A stretch of 44,576 bases of DNA, taken from a virus. Its lineage: Duplodnaviria; Caudoviricetes. Position 1 is the first letter of the stretch; each line of letters opens with the position of its first letter. The notes beneath the pieces were generated by a model. It searched no databases and was not told where the DNA came from. It worked only from the letters and a program-made list of their open reading frames with translations. The translations under genes and the position numbers were made by a program. Of this stretch, positions 17,864-25,785 are shown piece by piece. The stretch spans positions 1 to 44,576 of the IMG/VR virus record IMGVR_UViG_3300035037_000529, one strand, 5' to 3'.

Positions 17864-19152
17864 TCTTTATCCTTTATCTTTGAAGCAAGCAGGACCAATC
17901 CCGACTTTACTTCTTTCATTTCCTTTACAAGGCGTATCATACACCGGGCAATGACATCCAGCTTGTCTTCCACAAGTTCGGCCGGTTCATCGTTTGTAAC
18001 CTTATACATAACGCCTTTTCCCTCAAGATCAGCCATCTCGCAACTTTTAAGTTTTAATTTTCCTTCCATCAGTAAGCTCCTTATTATCGGCCGCAAGGCA
18101 CGTGATATCTTTTCGTTCATTTCACAATAACCATTCTCCGGTACAGCCGCGGGATCCTTATTCAGCGCCATATTCGTGGCAAAACACCTGTTGCAGGAAA
18201 ACACCTTACAATTAAGGCACTTGACCGCTTTGGTTCTCATTTCCGATATCTTCCTGCATGCCTCGCTGGTCTCGTCTATGCCTTTCCACACATCACCCAT
18301 ACAGAAGTCGTACTTCTTTGAATAGGCGACAAACCTGTGGCAGGGATATATTTTGCCTTCAGTAGAAACGCCGATCAGAAACTCCCCGGCCCGGCAACCT
18401 CTCTGCCGATTAAACGAATTATTGACGATCCGCTCCAGGGAATTGTGCAGGTAATTAAAATACTGGTTTCGGCCCTCTGAGTAATACAGCTCAATACATT
18501 TCTTAAGCTCCTCAACGAAAATGTTGATCACTTCATCGTTCCAGTCACCCTCAACAATAGGCGTAAGATTTGTAACCGGCACCCCGAAGGAAAGCATTGC
18601 TTCAAAGTCCTTTGAAAGCGTGCTTATATTGTCCGGCGTAACAGTCATGCGCACACCAACACTCGGGAATATATCCCTGATTTTCTTTATGTTGTCAGCA
18701 ATAACCCTGTAACTGCCATCATCGTTGGCAAACACCCTGTTGGCGTTGTGCGTTTCCTCACAGCCGTCCAGGGATACCTGAAAGTGCCAGTTGAAATTGT
18801 TGTATGGCTTTAAGCTCCTGAAATACTGAATCATCTCATTGGTCAGGATAGTGCCGTTAGAGAGGATATGAACCCCGGCCCTGAAGTTAAGCTTGTCACA
18901 GATAGTGCGCAGATAATCTATCCCGGCTTTAACCGTCGGAAAGTTGAGCAGGGGTTCGCCTCCGAAAAAGGTAAATGTAAGATTTTCGAAAGGCCGCGTA
19001 AACATTTCCTTTTCATAGTGGCCAACAAGCCAGTCTATGGTCTGGCGCATGGTCGCAGGCGACATGTCTCCTGTACGGTTTTCCTCGTAACAGTATTTGC
19101 ATTTAAGATTGCATTTATTGGTAACAAAAATATAAGCTGATTTTGGTTTCAT
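17860..19152 (-). CDS. Radical SAM/SPASM enzyme (anSME / Cys-rich peptide maturase-like)
   Basis: TNKCNLKCKYC, FFGGEPLL, VSLDG. SPASM Cys set GCRAG...GKIYPC...CLNC...C..C...YC. Confidence 0.93.
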   Translation of the reverse strand: MKPKSAYIFVTNKCNLKCKYCYEENRTGDMSPATMRQTIDWLVGHYEKEMFTRPFENLTFTFFGGEPLLNFPTVKAGIDYLRTICDKLNFRAGVHILSNGTILTNEMIQYFRSLKPYNNFNWHFQVSLDGCEETHNANRVFANDDGSYRVIADNIKKIRDIFPSVGVRMTVTPDNISTLSKDFEAMLSFGVPVTNLTPIVEGDWNDEVINIFVEELKKCIELYYSEGRNQYFNYLHNSLERIVNNSFNRQRGCRAGEFLIGVSTEGKIYPCHRFVAYSKKYDFCMGDVWKGIDETSEACRKISEMRTKAVKCLNCKVFSCNRCFATNMALNKDPAAVPENGYCEMNEKISRALRPIIRSLLMEGKLKLKSCEMADLEGKGVMYKVTNDEPAELVEDKLDVIARCMIRLVKEMKEVKSGLVLLASKIKDKE

Positions 19153-19195
19153 CCCGTTAGAAATCTCCTTTTCCCGTTAATATTTCTAACGGGAT
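19151..19195. promoter_or_regulatory. 14-bp inverted repeat enclosing the rSAM/SPASM RBS and overlapping its start codon
   Basis: ATCCCGTTAGAAAT (19151-19164) pairs with ATTTCTAACGGGAT (19182-19195). A third TCCCGTTA copy lies at 19172-19179. Confidence 0.6.
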
Positions 19196-19200
19196 TCATT

Positions 19201-19764
19201 TTAATCTCCACAATCACATTCACTGCAACACTGCTCCTGACAGGTGCAAGTACAGGTGCAGGTACACGTACAGGTACATTCACATTCACAACAAACTATA
19301 TGCGTATGAGCCGCCAGGCTTTCAAGGTGGCTTCTCAACTGTTCATGAGCCGATGCTTTAACCCATGTAACCAGCGCGGTAACCGGATCATCCTCGAAAA
19401 CAAATCCCGGGGCATACACATCCGAATTTGCGCTATAAGCCGGAACATAGTGGTTATGCCCGTCAAAGGCTTTGATAAAGCCTATAACTTCGTTAGTGTG
19501 CTGAGCCTTAGGCGGTGTCGTATCGACAACAAGCTGGGCGTTTGACTCTGCCCAGGCAACAGCGACATCCGGTGACTCAGCATTGGAATTATTACCGTTG
19601 AAAACATGATAGTGGCCGTCAAGAGCTTCCAGAGCCGCTCTCAACTCCACAATGTGCGTCTTTTTAACCGGCGTCACATCCTGAACCAGTGGATCGTCTG
19701 TCCATCCCACGGGAATTGGATTGCCGCCTGAATCTTTTGGGGGCCCGCTTGCATAATTTCCCAT
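19201..19764 (-). CDS. Repeat-containing tail-associated protein with Cys-rich C-terminus; putative radical SAM substrate
   Basis: Three ~51-aa repeats (W/F...TxxKxxH..E/QL......HxH), then CCECECTCTCTCTCTCTCQEQCCSECDCGD. No Cys in residues 1-157. Confidence 0.8.
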   Translation of the reverse strand: MGNYASGPPKDSGGNPIPVGWTDDPLVQDVTPVKKTHIVELRAALEALDGHYHVFNGNNSNAESPDVAVAWAESNAQLVVDTTPPKAQHTNEVIGFIKAFDGHNHYVPAYSANSDVYAPGFVFEDDPVTALVTWVKASAHEQLRSHLESLAAHTHIVCCECECTCTCTCTCTCTCQEQCCSECDCGD

Positions 19765-19775
19765 TTTTCTTCCTC

Positions 19776-20348
19776 TTAAGCATATACCGCTCTTGGCGGA
19801 GCGTTCTCAAACCTTGAATTCGCGTTTGAATATCTTATCGCCTGGCCGTCCTGAACCGAATCAAGATGCACAGGTATAGTTTCATAAAAACCTTTGGCGC
19901 CAACCGGACCTGTGCCGTAATACTTATTGTTTCCCGGTGAAGCCGCACCGCCTTCCAGTTTGGCTGAAGCCACACCGCCGTCTTTTAATTCCAGTTTGTC
20001 AGTTCCGGATATCTGAAATACAGTAGCTTCAATTAAACCGTCTAAATACTCCGGTGTAGTGTCACTGACATCAGCCTTCAACCTGTTAGGTGAATTAGCT
20101 GTAGGAAGAACCCCGGCCGCGGACGGCACATTGGCAAGACCCGTAAGGGCCGAACCATTAACCTTATTGGCAGTTGCTATTTGCGCGAGTTTTGTATCCT
20201 CAATGCCAGCGTTGGGCGCTACCTTGTCGTTGGTAACCTGCAGGTTGGGATCCGTGCCAAGTTCTATAGCGTCCCAGTTAGCCCGGCAGGCTGGCGGAAA
20301 GTTAATCAAAAGCATATCATTTTCAGGTTTTGTTTTGTCCCAGGCCAT
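19776..20348 (-). CDS. Tail fibre-like protein
   Basis: VTNDKVA / IEDTKLA / VASAKL fibre-type repeats. Located downstream of the tail-tip gene. Confidence 0.6.
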   Translation of the reverse strand: MAWDKTKPENDMLLINFPPACRANWDAIELGTDPNLQVTNDKVAPNAGIEDTKLAQIATANKVNGSALTGLANVPSAAGVLPTANSPNRLKADVSDTTPEYLDGLIEATVFQISGTDKLELKDGGVASAKLEGGAASPGNNKYYGTGPVGAKGFYETIPVHLDSVQDGQAIRYSNANSRFENAPPRAVYA

Positions 20349-20595
20349 CTTTTGTCTCCTTGTTTTTGTAGCGTTCAGCCACTTTGTTCATATCGTATAA
20401 TTCAACACCATGTTCCTTAAGCATCTCAATCCAGCAGACATCGTGTAAGAAAAGGTTCTGCGCATAGTTGTACGCCTGTTCGATGCAGGTAAAAACCATC
20501 GGTCTTTTGCCCGGGGGCCTTAAAACAATGTCGCCTTTAACCATTACATAGGCCATATTCTCCGAGATCCTTTGTTTGCACCTATGACACATCAT
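20323..20595 (-). CDS. Hypothetical protein with CxxC...HxxC zinc-binding pattern
   Basis: MCHRC...FLHDVCW. Start re-called at 20595. Confidence 0.6.
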   Translation of the reverse strand: MMCHRCKQRISENMAYVMVKGDIVLRPPGKRPMVFTCIEQAYNYAQNLFLHDVCWIEMLKEHGVELYDMNKVAERYKNKETKDGLGQNKT

Positions 20596-20806
20596 CAGCA
20601 AAACCCTCACTTTTTTTCGCGTGTTTCGCAAATTTCTCCAACAGCCCGTTAAGTGCCGGTTTACTAAAATCGGCGTTCTTAAGGCCGATACTTCTGGTTC
20701 TCGTTAAAGCACCATTATCACTGACCTTATAAATAATTACTCCGTTAGAAAACTTGCCGTCTATAAACTCAATAACGATTTTCTGAGGTATCAGTTTCTT
20801 TGCCAT
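20582..20806 (-). CDS. Hypothetical protein
   Basis: 74-aa ORF with AGGAG RBS directly after the tail-tip gene. Confidence 0.65.
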   Translation of the reverse strand: MAKKLIPQKIVIEFIDGKFSNGVIIYKVSDNGALTRTRSIGLKNADFSKPALNGLLEKFAKHAKKSEGFADDVS

Positions 20807-20814
20807 AAAAGCTC

Positions 20815-23800
20815 CTATATTCCGTGGCTATGCCAGTCAAAGGATCCAATTTGTGCTACTCCCTGAGCGTTATAAAGTTTGACTGTAAAGCCTGTTATTG
20901 TTTTATCGGTAAACTGGGCGTAAATCCCGGCCCCGCCGGTTATCTCAATATGCACACTCGGCTCTTCATGGAATATTTCCGTAAAAAAGACTTCTTTGCC
21001 GTCATCTGCAACCGTAACTTCATCACTACCGTGTTCGTCGATATCCGGAAGATCCCCGAAATAACTCAACGTAGAACAGGTAATGTAATCACCTAAATTC
21101 TCTCTGGCCAGGGCCATTTCAATCTGAAAGAACCTGCAGTAATAATCTCCCGGCTGGTAATCCATCCAGTCGCTCCAGATGACATTGTCTTCAGATGTTT
21201 TTATCCTGAAGCTTGCGGCCCTCAGCGTTTCCTGGCCGGTGAACCTGTAAGTCGTGCTGTCATTAAAGCGTGACACAGCATCGCTGTTAAAACGCCTGCC
21301 GGTAGATATAGAAGCGATCACATCAATGCCCACATAGACAGTGGACACATACCCGAAATCCCTTACAGGCGCGGTATATGTCCCGGAGAACTCTCCGTCG
21401 GAAATAACCAGAGTCCCGCCGATCTTCTCAAGATTCAAAAGCGTCCCAAGCCAGTCCGGATGTTCCTGATATTCAGCGATAATATTGCGAAAGGGAATGG
21501 TGCTTACAGTCACAATCGCTTCCCTGGCGTTTTCCGAATAATTTCCTGAAGTATCAATGGCCTTGATCCAATAACTCTGCTCAACACCCATCTTCACATC
21601 CGTGGTCAGATATGAAGTCCCCTGCTGGAAAGTGATAAACTCGCCACTGTCCCAGTCCTCACCGCGCCTGATCTCATAACCCCAGACATCAACATCACTT
21701 ATCGCTGTCCATCCGAAGTAAACCATGTCCCGGTTTTGGTTAACCAGGAATGACGTTATGTCAGAAGGCGGCGCGGCTTTCCCGACAATAGTGATTTCCT
21801 GTTCTGGTGAAGCATCAAACGCGCCTTCTTCACCCATATCAGTGATTGATACAACCTTAACTTTATATGTGTAATCGGAAATTATGTCCCCGAGCATCTG
21901 AAAGTGAGTGCCGGTAGTTTCACCACGAAGGCCCCAGCTGGCGCCGCCGTTATCACTCAAATAGATCCTCGCTCTGGCGTAAGTTTTTACATAATATGAT
22001 GTCCCTTCAGGCTTATCGAACCAGACATCTATAGCGTTCTCGATAGTACCATCGGTTTTTTTAACAAGCGATTCTGTCAGGTTCATATTTTCGACATTGG
22101 GGACTTCTGCTGAAAGCGAAGAATAGTTGCTGTCAGGCAGGATAATGTCCGAATCGTCGTACACATTCTCGTTATATTCCAGCGCCTGTATCTGGCACTC
22201 ATTGGTTCCCTGGCGCTGGATCGATACTACGCGGAAATCTTTCTTGATCTTGTTTGTTTCACCGATAGCGTATACATCATAGGCCTGAGGCGCATTGCTG
22301 AAAGCGTTACACTCAACTTCCGTATAATTGCCAACAGGTGAAATAATGCTTTTCTCTTCAATAGTGTCATCGGAAAACCTGACCTGTATCCTGTAAGACT
22401 TTCCGTCTTCAATCACAAAAGTACGGTCCAGCTTGATCAGGGTTGTGGTAGAGCCTGACTGCACACGGCCAGAGAAACCCCATTGAGGCACATCATGAGA
22501 TATCGAAATAACATCTCCGGCCTGGCAGGCGATAGCATCAATCCCGGCCCTGAAAGCAATAGTGCGGTTTATATATTTGGCAACTTTAAGCGCGTATCTA
22601 CCGGCCCGAATAGCATAGCTTAGACGGGTAGTGAAAAGCCTGATCTGACTCTTACGCATAGGATCTCCCGCGGCCAGGGCATCCTCATCGATGTAGGAAA
22701 CCGTCTCCTGACGGTAACCTTTATCTTTATCCATAAACTGAATCTCGATTACATTGGGGATTTCCTTAAGAGTCTTCCAGCTCTGGGCGAAACTGCCCTC
22801 AATAATATTGCCCATGCCAAAGAGCTGAGTTGGATTGGCTTCTTTATCTATTTTGAAGGAAACCCCGCCAGCGGAATAAACGGGCATAGCATTGAATGTC
22901 GCGCATAACTGAATAAGCACATCAAGCGCTTTTGAATTCGAATCAATAACAACATCCATCCTGAAGCGTTTCTCAAACCCGCCTTTGCCGTCGGCGACTT
23001 TTTCCTCGCAATATCTCGACATCTCAAGCAGTGTCGCGTCATCCAGATTGTCCGATGAGATAAATTCACCAAGCCCGTAACGTTTGCTGATTAAAAAGTC
23101 CCTGAGGCACCATACAGGATTGGCCGAGTATTTACCGGTATAAGTCGAACCGTCCCATGAAAGAAGTGTATCGTCTGAAAGTAGCCTGTAATCAGAGCCG
23201 TCCCAGTAATAGTCTTCCCAGTCAACCGGTGTTCCGGCATTACGGATATCAGGAACCGACACAAGCTTGCCTTTAACAACGCATGTAATATTCGGCATAG
23301 AGCCTGAAAGCTGATCCGTAGCCAAAAGTTTAATTCCCAAAAGCGCGGTATTCGGATATCTCAAATCATCAGTTTTTATCTCATCTACCTGAAACCACAT
23401 AAGATCGCCTTGTTTTAACGGGTCAAGTGATGAATCGTCGGATGTCCTGGTAAGGCGGATATCGTATTGTCCGGGCGTCAAACCTTCCTTGCGAAAGATC
23501 CTGCGGACAGTTGACCTGGATTTTGCCGATATAGTAGTCTCACCAAGGTCGATGTAATCCGGATCCGTGTGCAGTTTATATTCAACACGATAGGTCACAC
23601 TCCAGCTTGATATACCGCCTCCCCCGGACTGCTGGTACAGGCCGCTGTTAAGCCTTAAATGAACCTCGAGCACTTCAACATCCGAATCAACCGTTGTGTA
23701 AACATGCGGGTTATCTTTTGTCAGGTTTACATTGACCGGATAAAGGTTGTGCAGGTCCTCGAAGTTGGAAATCAATGACTGATCATTGGCTCCGTGCCTT

Positions 23801-24438
23801 TCCGTAATATTTATGCCGCTGAAATTGCCGATAGGATTATTGTTGATTTCGATATCGTCAATGGACTCGATTATGCCTTCACAAAGAGCGAGAAGAACAT
23901 TGAGGTAGTTCTTGTCGCCGTCATCCCATACATACTGGTTTACTATATTGCCGCCGATTTTATGCTCACCATATACAACGGCAACCGGCACGCCTACTTC
24001 CTGAATTGTCTGCACGCCGTCCCAGCCGTATGTGGGTGATCCTTCATCAAGCCCGCCTGTAGGCCCGGCTCCGAGATTAAAGTCAGGCATTCTCGGTTGG
24101 TTCATATACTGATATATTGAATACCCCATGGACAGCACAAAGAAGGTAAAAAGGAACGGGTGAGCTACGGCTACCGCCCAGACTGCCGATACAATGGCGG
24201 ATACAACAGCCACAACCGGTGCTTTGACCTCAGGGATAATCGTAATCTCGTCATCCTGTTCGATGCGGGCGTCCAGGTCTTTAATCCTTTTGCCGGTAAC
24301 GATAACCCGTTTATCCTTATAATCAAAGCCGGAAACATTGAGATGACTACGCAGAGTCTTATCCCGTGAATACGAAACCTCTGCGATTTCGGCTTCATTT
24401 ACTTTGAAAGGATTTTTTATGTTTCGTATTACTACCAT
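20815..24438 (-). CDS. Central tail tip / host-specificity protein (lambda J-like), with N-terminal gpI-like segment fused
   Basis: VPVAVVYGEHKIGG, YPNTALLG, SANPVWCL.DFL..KRYGLG and FN3-like C-terminal domains. The N-terminal ~70 aa resemble the ubiquitin-like gpI domain. Start re-called at ATG 24438. Confidence 0.88.
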   Translation of the reverse strand: MVVIRNIKNPFKVNEAEIAEVSYSRDKTLRSHLNVSGFDYKDKRVIVTGKRIKDLDARIEQDDEITIIPEVKAPVVAVVSAIVSAVWAVAVAHPFLFTFFVLSMGYSIYQYMNQPRMPDFNLGAGPTGGLDEGSPTYGWDGVQTIQEVGVPVAVVYGEHKIGGNIVNQYVWDDGDKNYLNVLLALCEGIIESIDDIEINNNPIGNFSGINITERHGANDQSLISNFEDLHNLYPVNVNLTKDNPHVYTTVDSDVEVLEVHLRLNSGLYQQSGGGGISSWSVTYRVEYKLHTDPDYIDLGETTISAKSRSTVRRIFRKEGLTPGQYDIRLTRTSDDSSLDPLKQGDLMWFQVDEIKTDDLRYPNTALLGIKLLATDQLSGSMPNITCVVKGKLVSVPDIRNAGTPVDWEDYYWDGSDYRLLSDDTLLSWDGSTYTGKYSANPVWCLRDFLISKRYGLGEFISSDNLDDATLLEMSRYCEEKVADGKGGFEKRFRMDVVIDSNSKALDVLIQLCATFNAMPVYSAGGVSFKIDKEANPTQLFGMGNIIEGSFAQSWKTLKEIPNVIEIQFMDKDKGYRQETVSYIDEDALAAGDPMRKSQIRLFTTRLSYAIRAGRYALKVAKYINRTIAFRAGIDAIACQAGDVISISHDVPQWGFSGRVQSGSTTTLIKLDRTFVIEDGKSYRIQVRFSDDTIEEKSIISPVGNYTEVECNAFSNAPQAYDVYAIGETNKIKKDFRVVSIQRQGTNECQIQALEYNENVYDDSDIILPDSNYSSLSAEVPNVENMNLTESLVKKTDGTIENAIDVWFDKPEGTSYYVKTYARARIYLSDNGGASWGLRGETTGTHFQMLGDIISDYTYKVKVVSITDMGEEGAFDASPEQEITIVGKAAPPSDITSFLVNQNRDMVYFGWTAISDVDVWGYEIRRGEDWDSGEFITFQQGTSYLTTDVKMGVEQSYWIKAIDTSGNYSENAREAIVTVSTIPFRNIIAEYQEHPDWLGTLLNLEKIGGTLVISDGEFSGTYTAPVRDFGYVSTVYVGIDVIASISTGRRFNSDAVSRFNDSTTYRFTGQETLRAASFRIKTSEDNVIWSDWMDYQPGDYYCRFFQIEMALARENLGDYITCSTLSYFGDLPDIDEHGSDEVTVADDGKEVFFTEIFHEEPSVHIEITGGAGIYAQFTDKTITGFTVKLYNAQGVAQIGSFDWHSHGI

Positions 24439-24959
24439 GTCCTGTTCCTTAATCTGTAAAACCCTTCGATCTTTGGTTTCCAAGCCGCGCCATCAAGCCT
24501 TGAAACCACAACACCCTGCCTGGGGCAGTGAATAAACTTCCTGTCAGCAAAGACAATCCCTGCGTGGTTGGCCACGCCTCGTGAATTTAAAAACAACACG
24601 CCATCTAAAACCTGAGGGTCTGTAACTTTCTCCCAGTCATTCTCATAATTTTCCCGAAAATAATCTTTGCCCCGCAGGCCCCAGATTTTTCCATACTCCA
24701 GATCTTCAACGTCAAACAACTCAAACCCCAGATCGATATACACAAGCTTCAAAAACCCCCAGCAGTCAAGCCCCTCCAGCGTCCTGCCCCTGTGCCGATA
24801 GGGAATGCCGAGATATTTATCCGTGATCAGCTTCTCTACATGATGTATATTCGTCTGGTCGGCACCGAAGGAAAAGCTCCGTACCTCTGATAATTGTTCA
24901 GTTGTTTGCATCTCTGCTTTGTCTTGTCGCATGTCAGTTCTACTCCCATATATCCGCAT
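24432..24959 (-). CDS. NlpC/P60 tail assembly protein (lambda K-like, no JAB domain)
   Basis: YLGIPY...GLDCWG...HAGI....FIH. The true start is uncertain; the domain begins near 24830. Confidence 0.85.
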   Translation of the reverse strand: MRIYGSRTDMRQDKAEMQTTEQLSEVRSFSFGADQTNIHHVEKLITDKYLGIPYRHRGRTLEGLDCWGFLKLVYIDLGFELFDVEDLEYGKIWGLRGKDYFRENYENDWEKVTDPQVLDGVLFLNSRGVANHAGIVFADRKFIHCPRQGVVVSRLDGAAWKPKIEGFYRLRNRTW

Positions 24960-25450
24960 TCCGCGGATTTAAATTTCCAACTGCAGTAGTTCCTCGCGTA
25001 TCTGCGCGCCGGAAGATCCATACCCAATACATCGAACTTGCTTGTCATCGTAAACTCAACGTTATTCTGATCAGCCGTGTAGTTATCCACATAAAAAATA
25101 TCGTCAATGTAAGCATCGGGATCCGCCAATTGATCGGCCCACACTGTACGGATAATAACTTTCCTGCCTCTGAAATCATATTGTTCCAGATAAAGCTGGA
25201 TAAGCCTTGATACGTTTGCCAGGCGCACCTTTACCTGGTCGATCTGTCCCTGATTGTTTTCGCCGGTAAACTCATGAGTGATAGGGAAACGGGTGTAAGT
25301 TACGCTGTTATAAATAACATCTTCATCATAACCAGCCAGATAGAGGTCATTTGATCCGTCGTAATCTTCTATGATGTAGAGGAATACCGGCCTGTTTTCC
25401 TGCTTAGCTTTTTCCTGTTTAAATGTCGCGTCAATATCTCTTGGCATCAC
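24836..25450 (-). CDS. Minor tail protein L-like
   Basis: C-terminal CSWKFKSAECGY...CDKT...C Cys cluster typical of gpL, and position in the tail operon. Confidence 0.82.
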   Translation of the reverse strand: MMPRDIDATFKQEKAKQENRPVFLYIIEDYDGSNDLYLAGYDEDVIYNSVTYTRFPITHEFTGENNQGQIDQVKVRLANVSRLIQLYLEQYDFRGRKVIIRTVWADQLADPDAYIDDIFYVDNYTADQNNVEFTMTSKFDVLGMDLPARRYARNYCSWKFKSAECGYMGVELTCDKTKQRCKQLNNYQRYGAFPSVPTRRIYIM

Positions 25451-25785
25451 TTCACCTCTCGAAGACCAAGTTCAAAGTCGTATAGCTGATACGACTTCAT
25501 AGAAAATTTAAAACTGTCATCAACAAACCTGACAGCGTACTCAACCGAATCGTTCGGATTAGTCCATGTAAAACTTCCAAAAGCTCCGTACTTACCGATA
25601 AAGAAATCTTTTACCGCGTTCATCTCAGTCAATGTTCTTGTCCTGAACCTCAGCGTCCATTTTCTGATGGGGTTTTCCCATTTACGCCGTCTCTGTTCGG
25701 CACCGTTCTCAAACTCAGAAATAATAGTCTTGTATTCAACGGTTTCTTCTATGACAAAATCAGGCTTGAAATTAAAATCACTCAT
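25447..25785 (-). CDS. Distal/minor tail protein (lambda M-like)
   Basis: FENGAEQRR...FF....G....FTWTNP pattern, immediately after the tape measure gene. Confidence 0.8.
   Translation of the reverse strand: MSDFNFKPDFVIEETVEYKTIISEFENGAEQRRRKWENPIRKWTLRFRTRTLTEMNAVKDFFIGKYGAFGSFTWTNPNDSVEYAVRFVDDSFKFSMKSYQLYDFELGLREVK

Noticed and set aside
17405-18130. 241-aa plus-strand ORF and the many other antisense ORFs in the track
   Set aside because: Shadows of well-supported minus-strand genes, with no recognisable motifs or RBS support.
16511-19152. Radical SAMs as DNA-hypermodification (QueE/7-deazaguanine) or anaerobic RNR activase genes
   Set aside because: No queC/queD/folE/dpdA or nrdD in the window. 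The domain architectures (SPASM; B12-binding) and late-operon position do not fit.
19204-19293. Possible microsatellite/phase-variable tract or CRISPR-like repeat
   Set aside because: The 6-nt units vary at synonymous positions and there are no spacers. It is a protein-level repeat. No CRISPR array was seen anywhere in the window.
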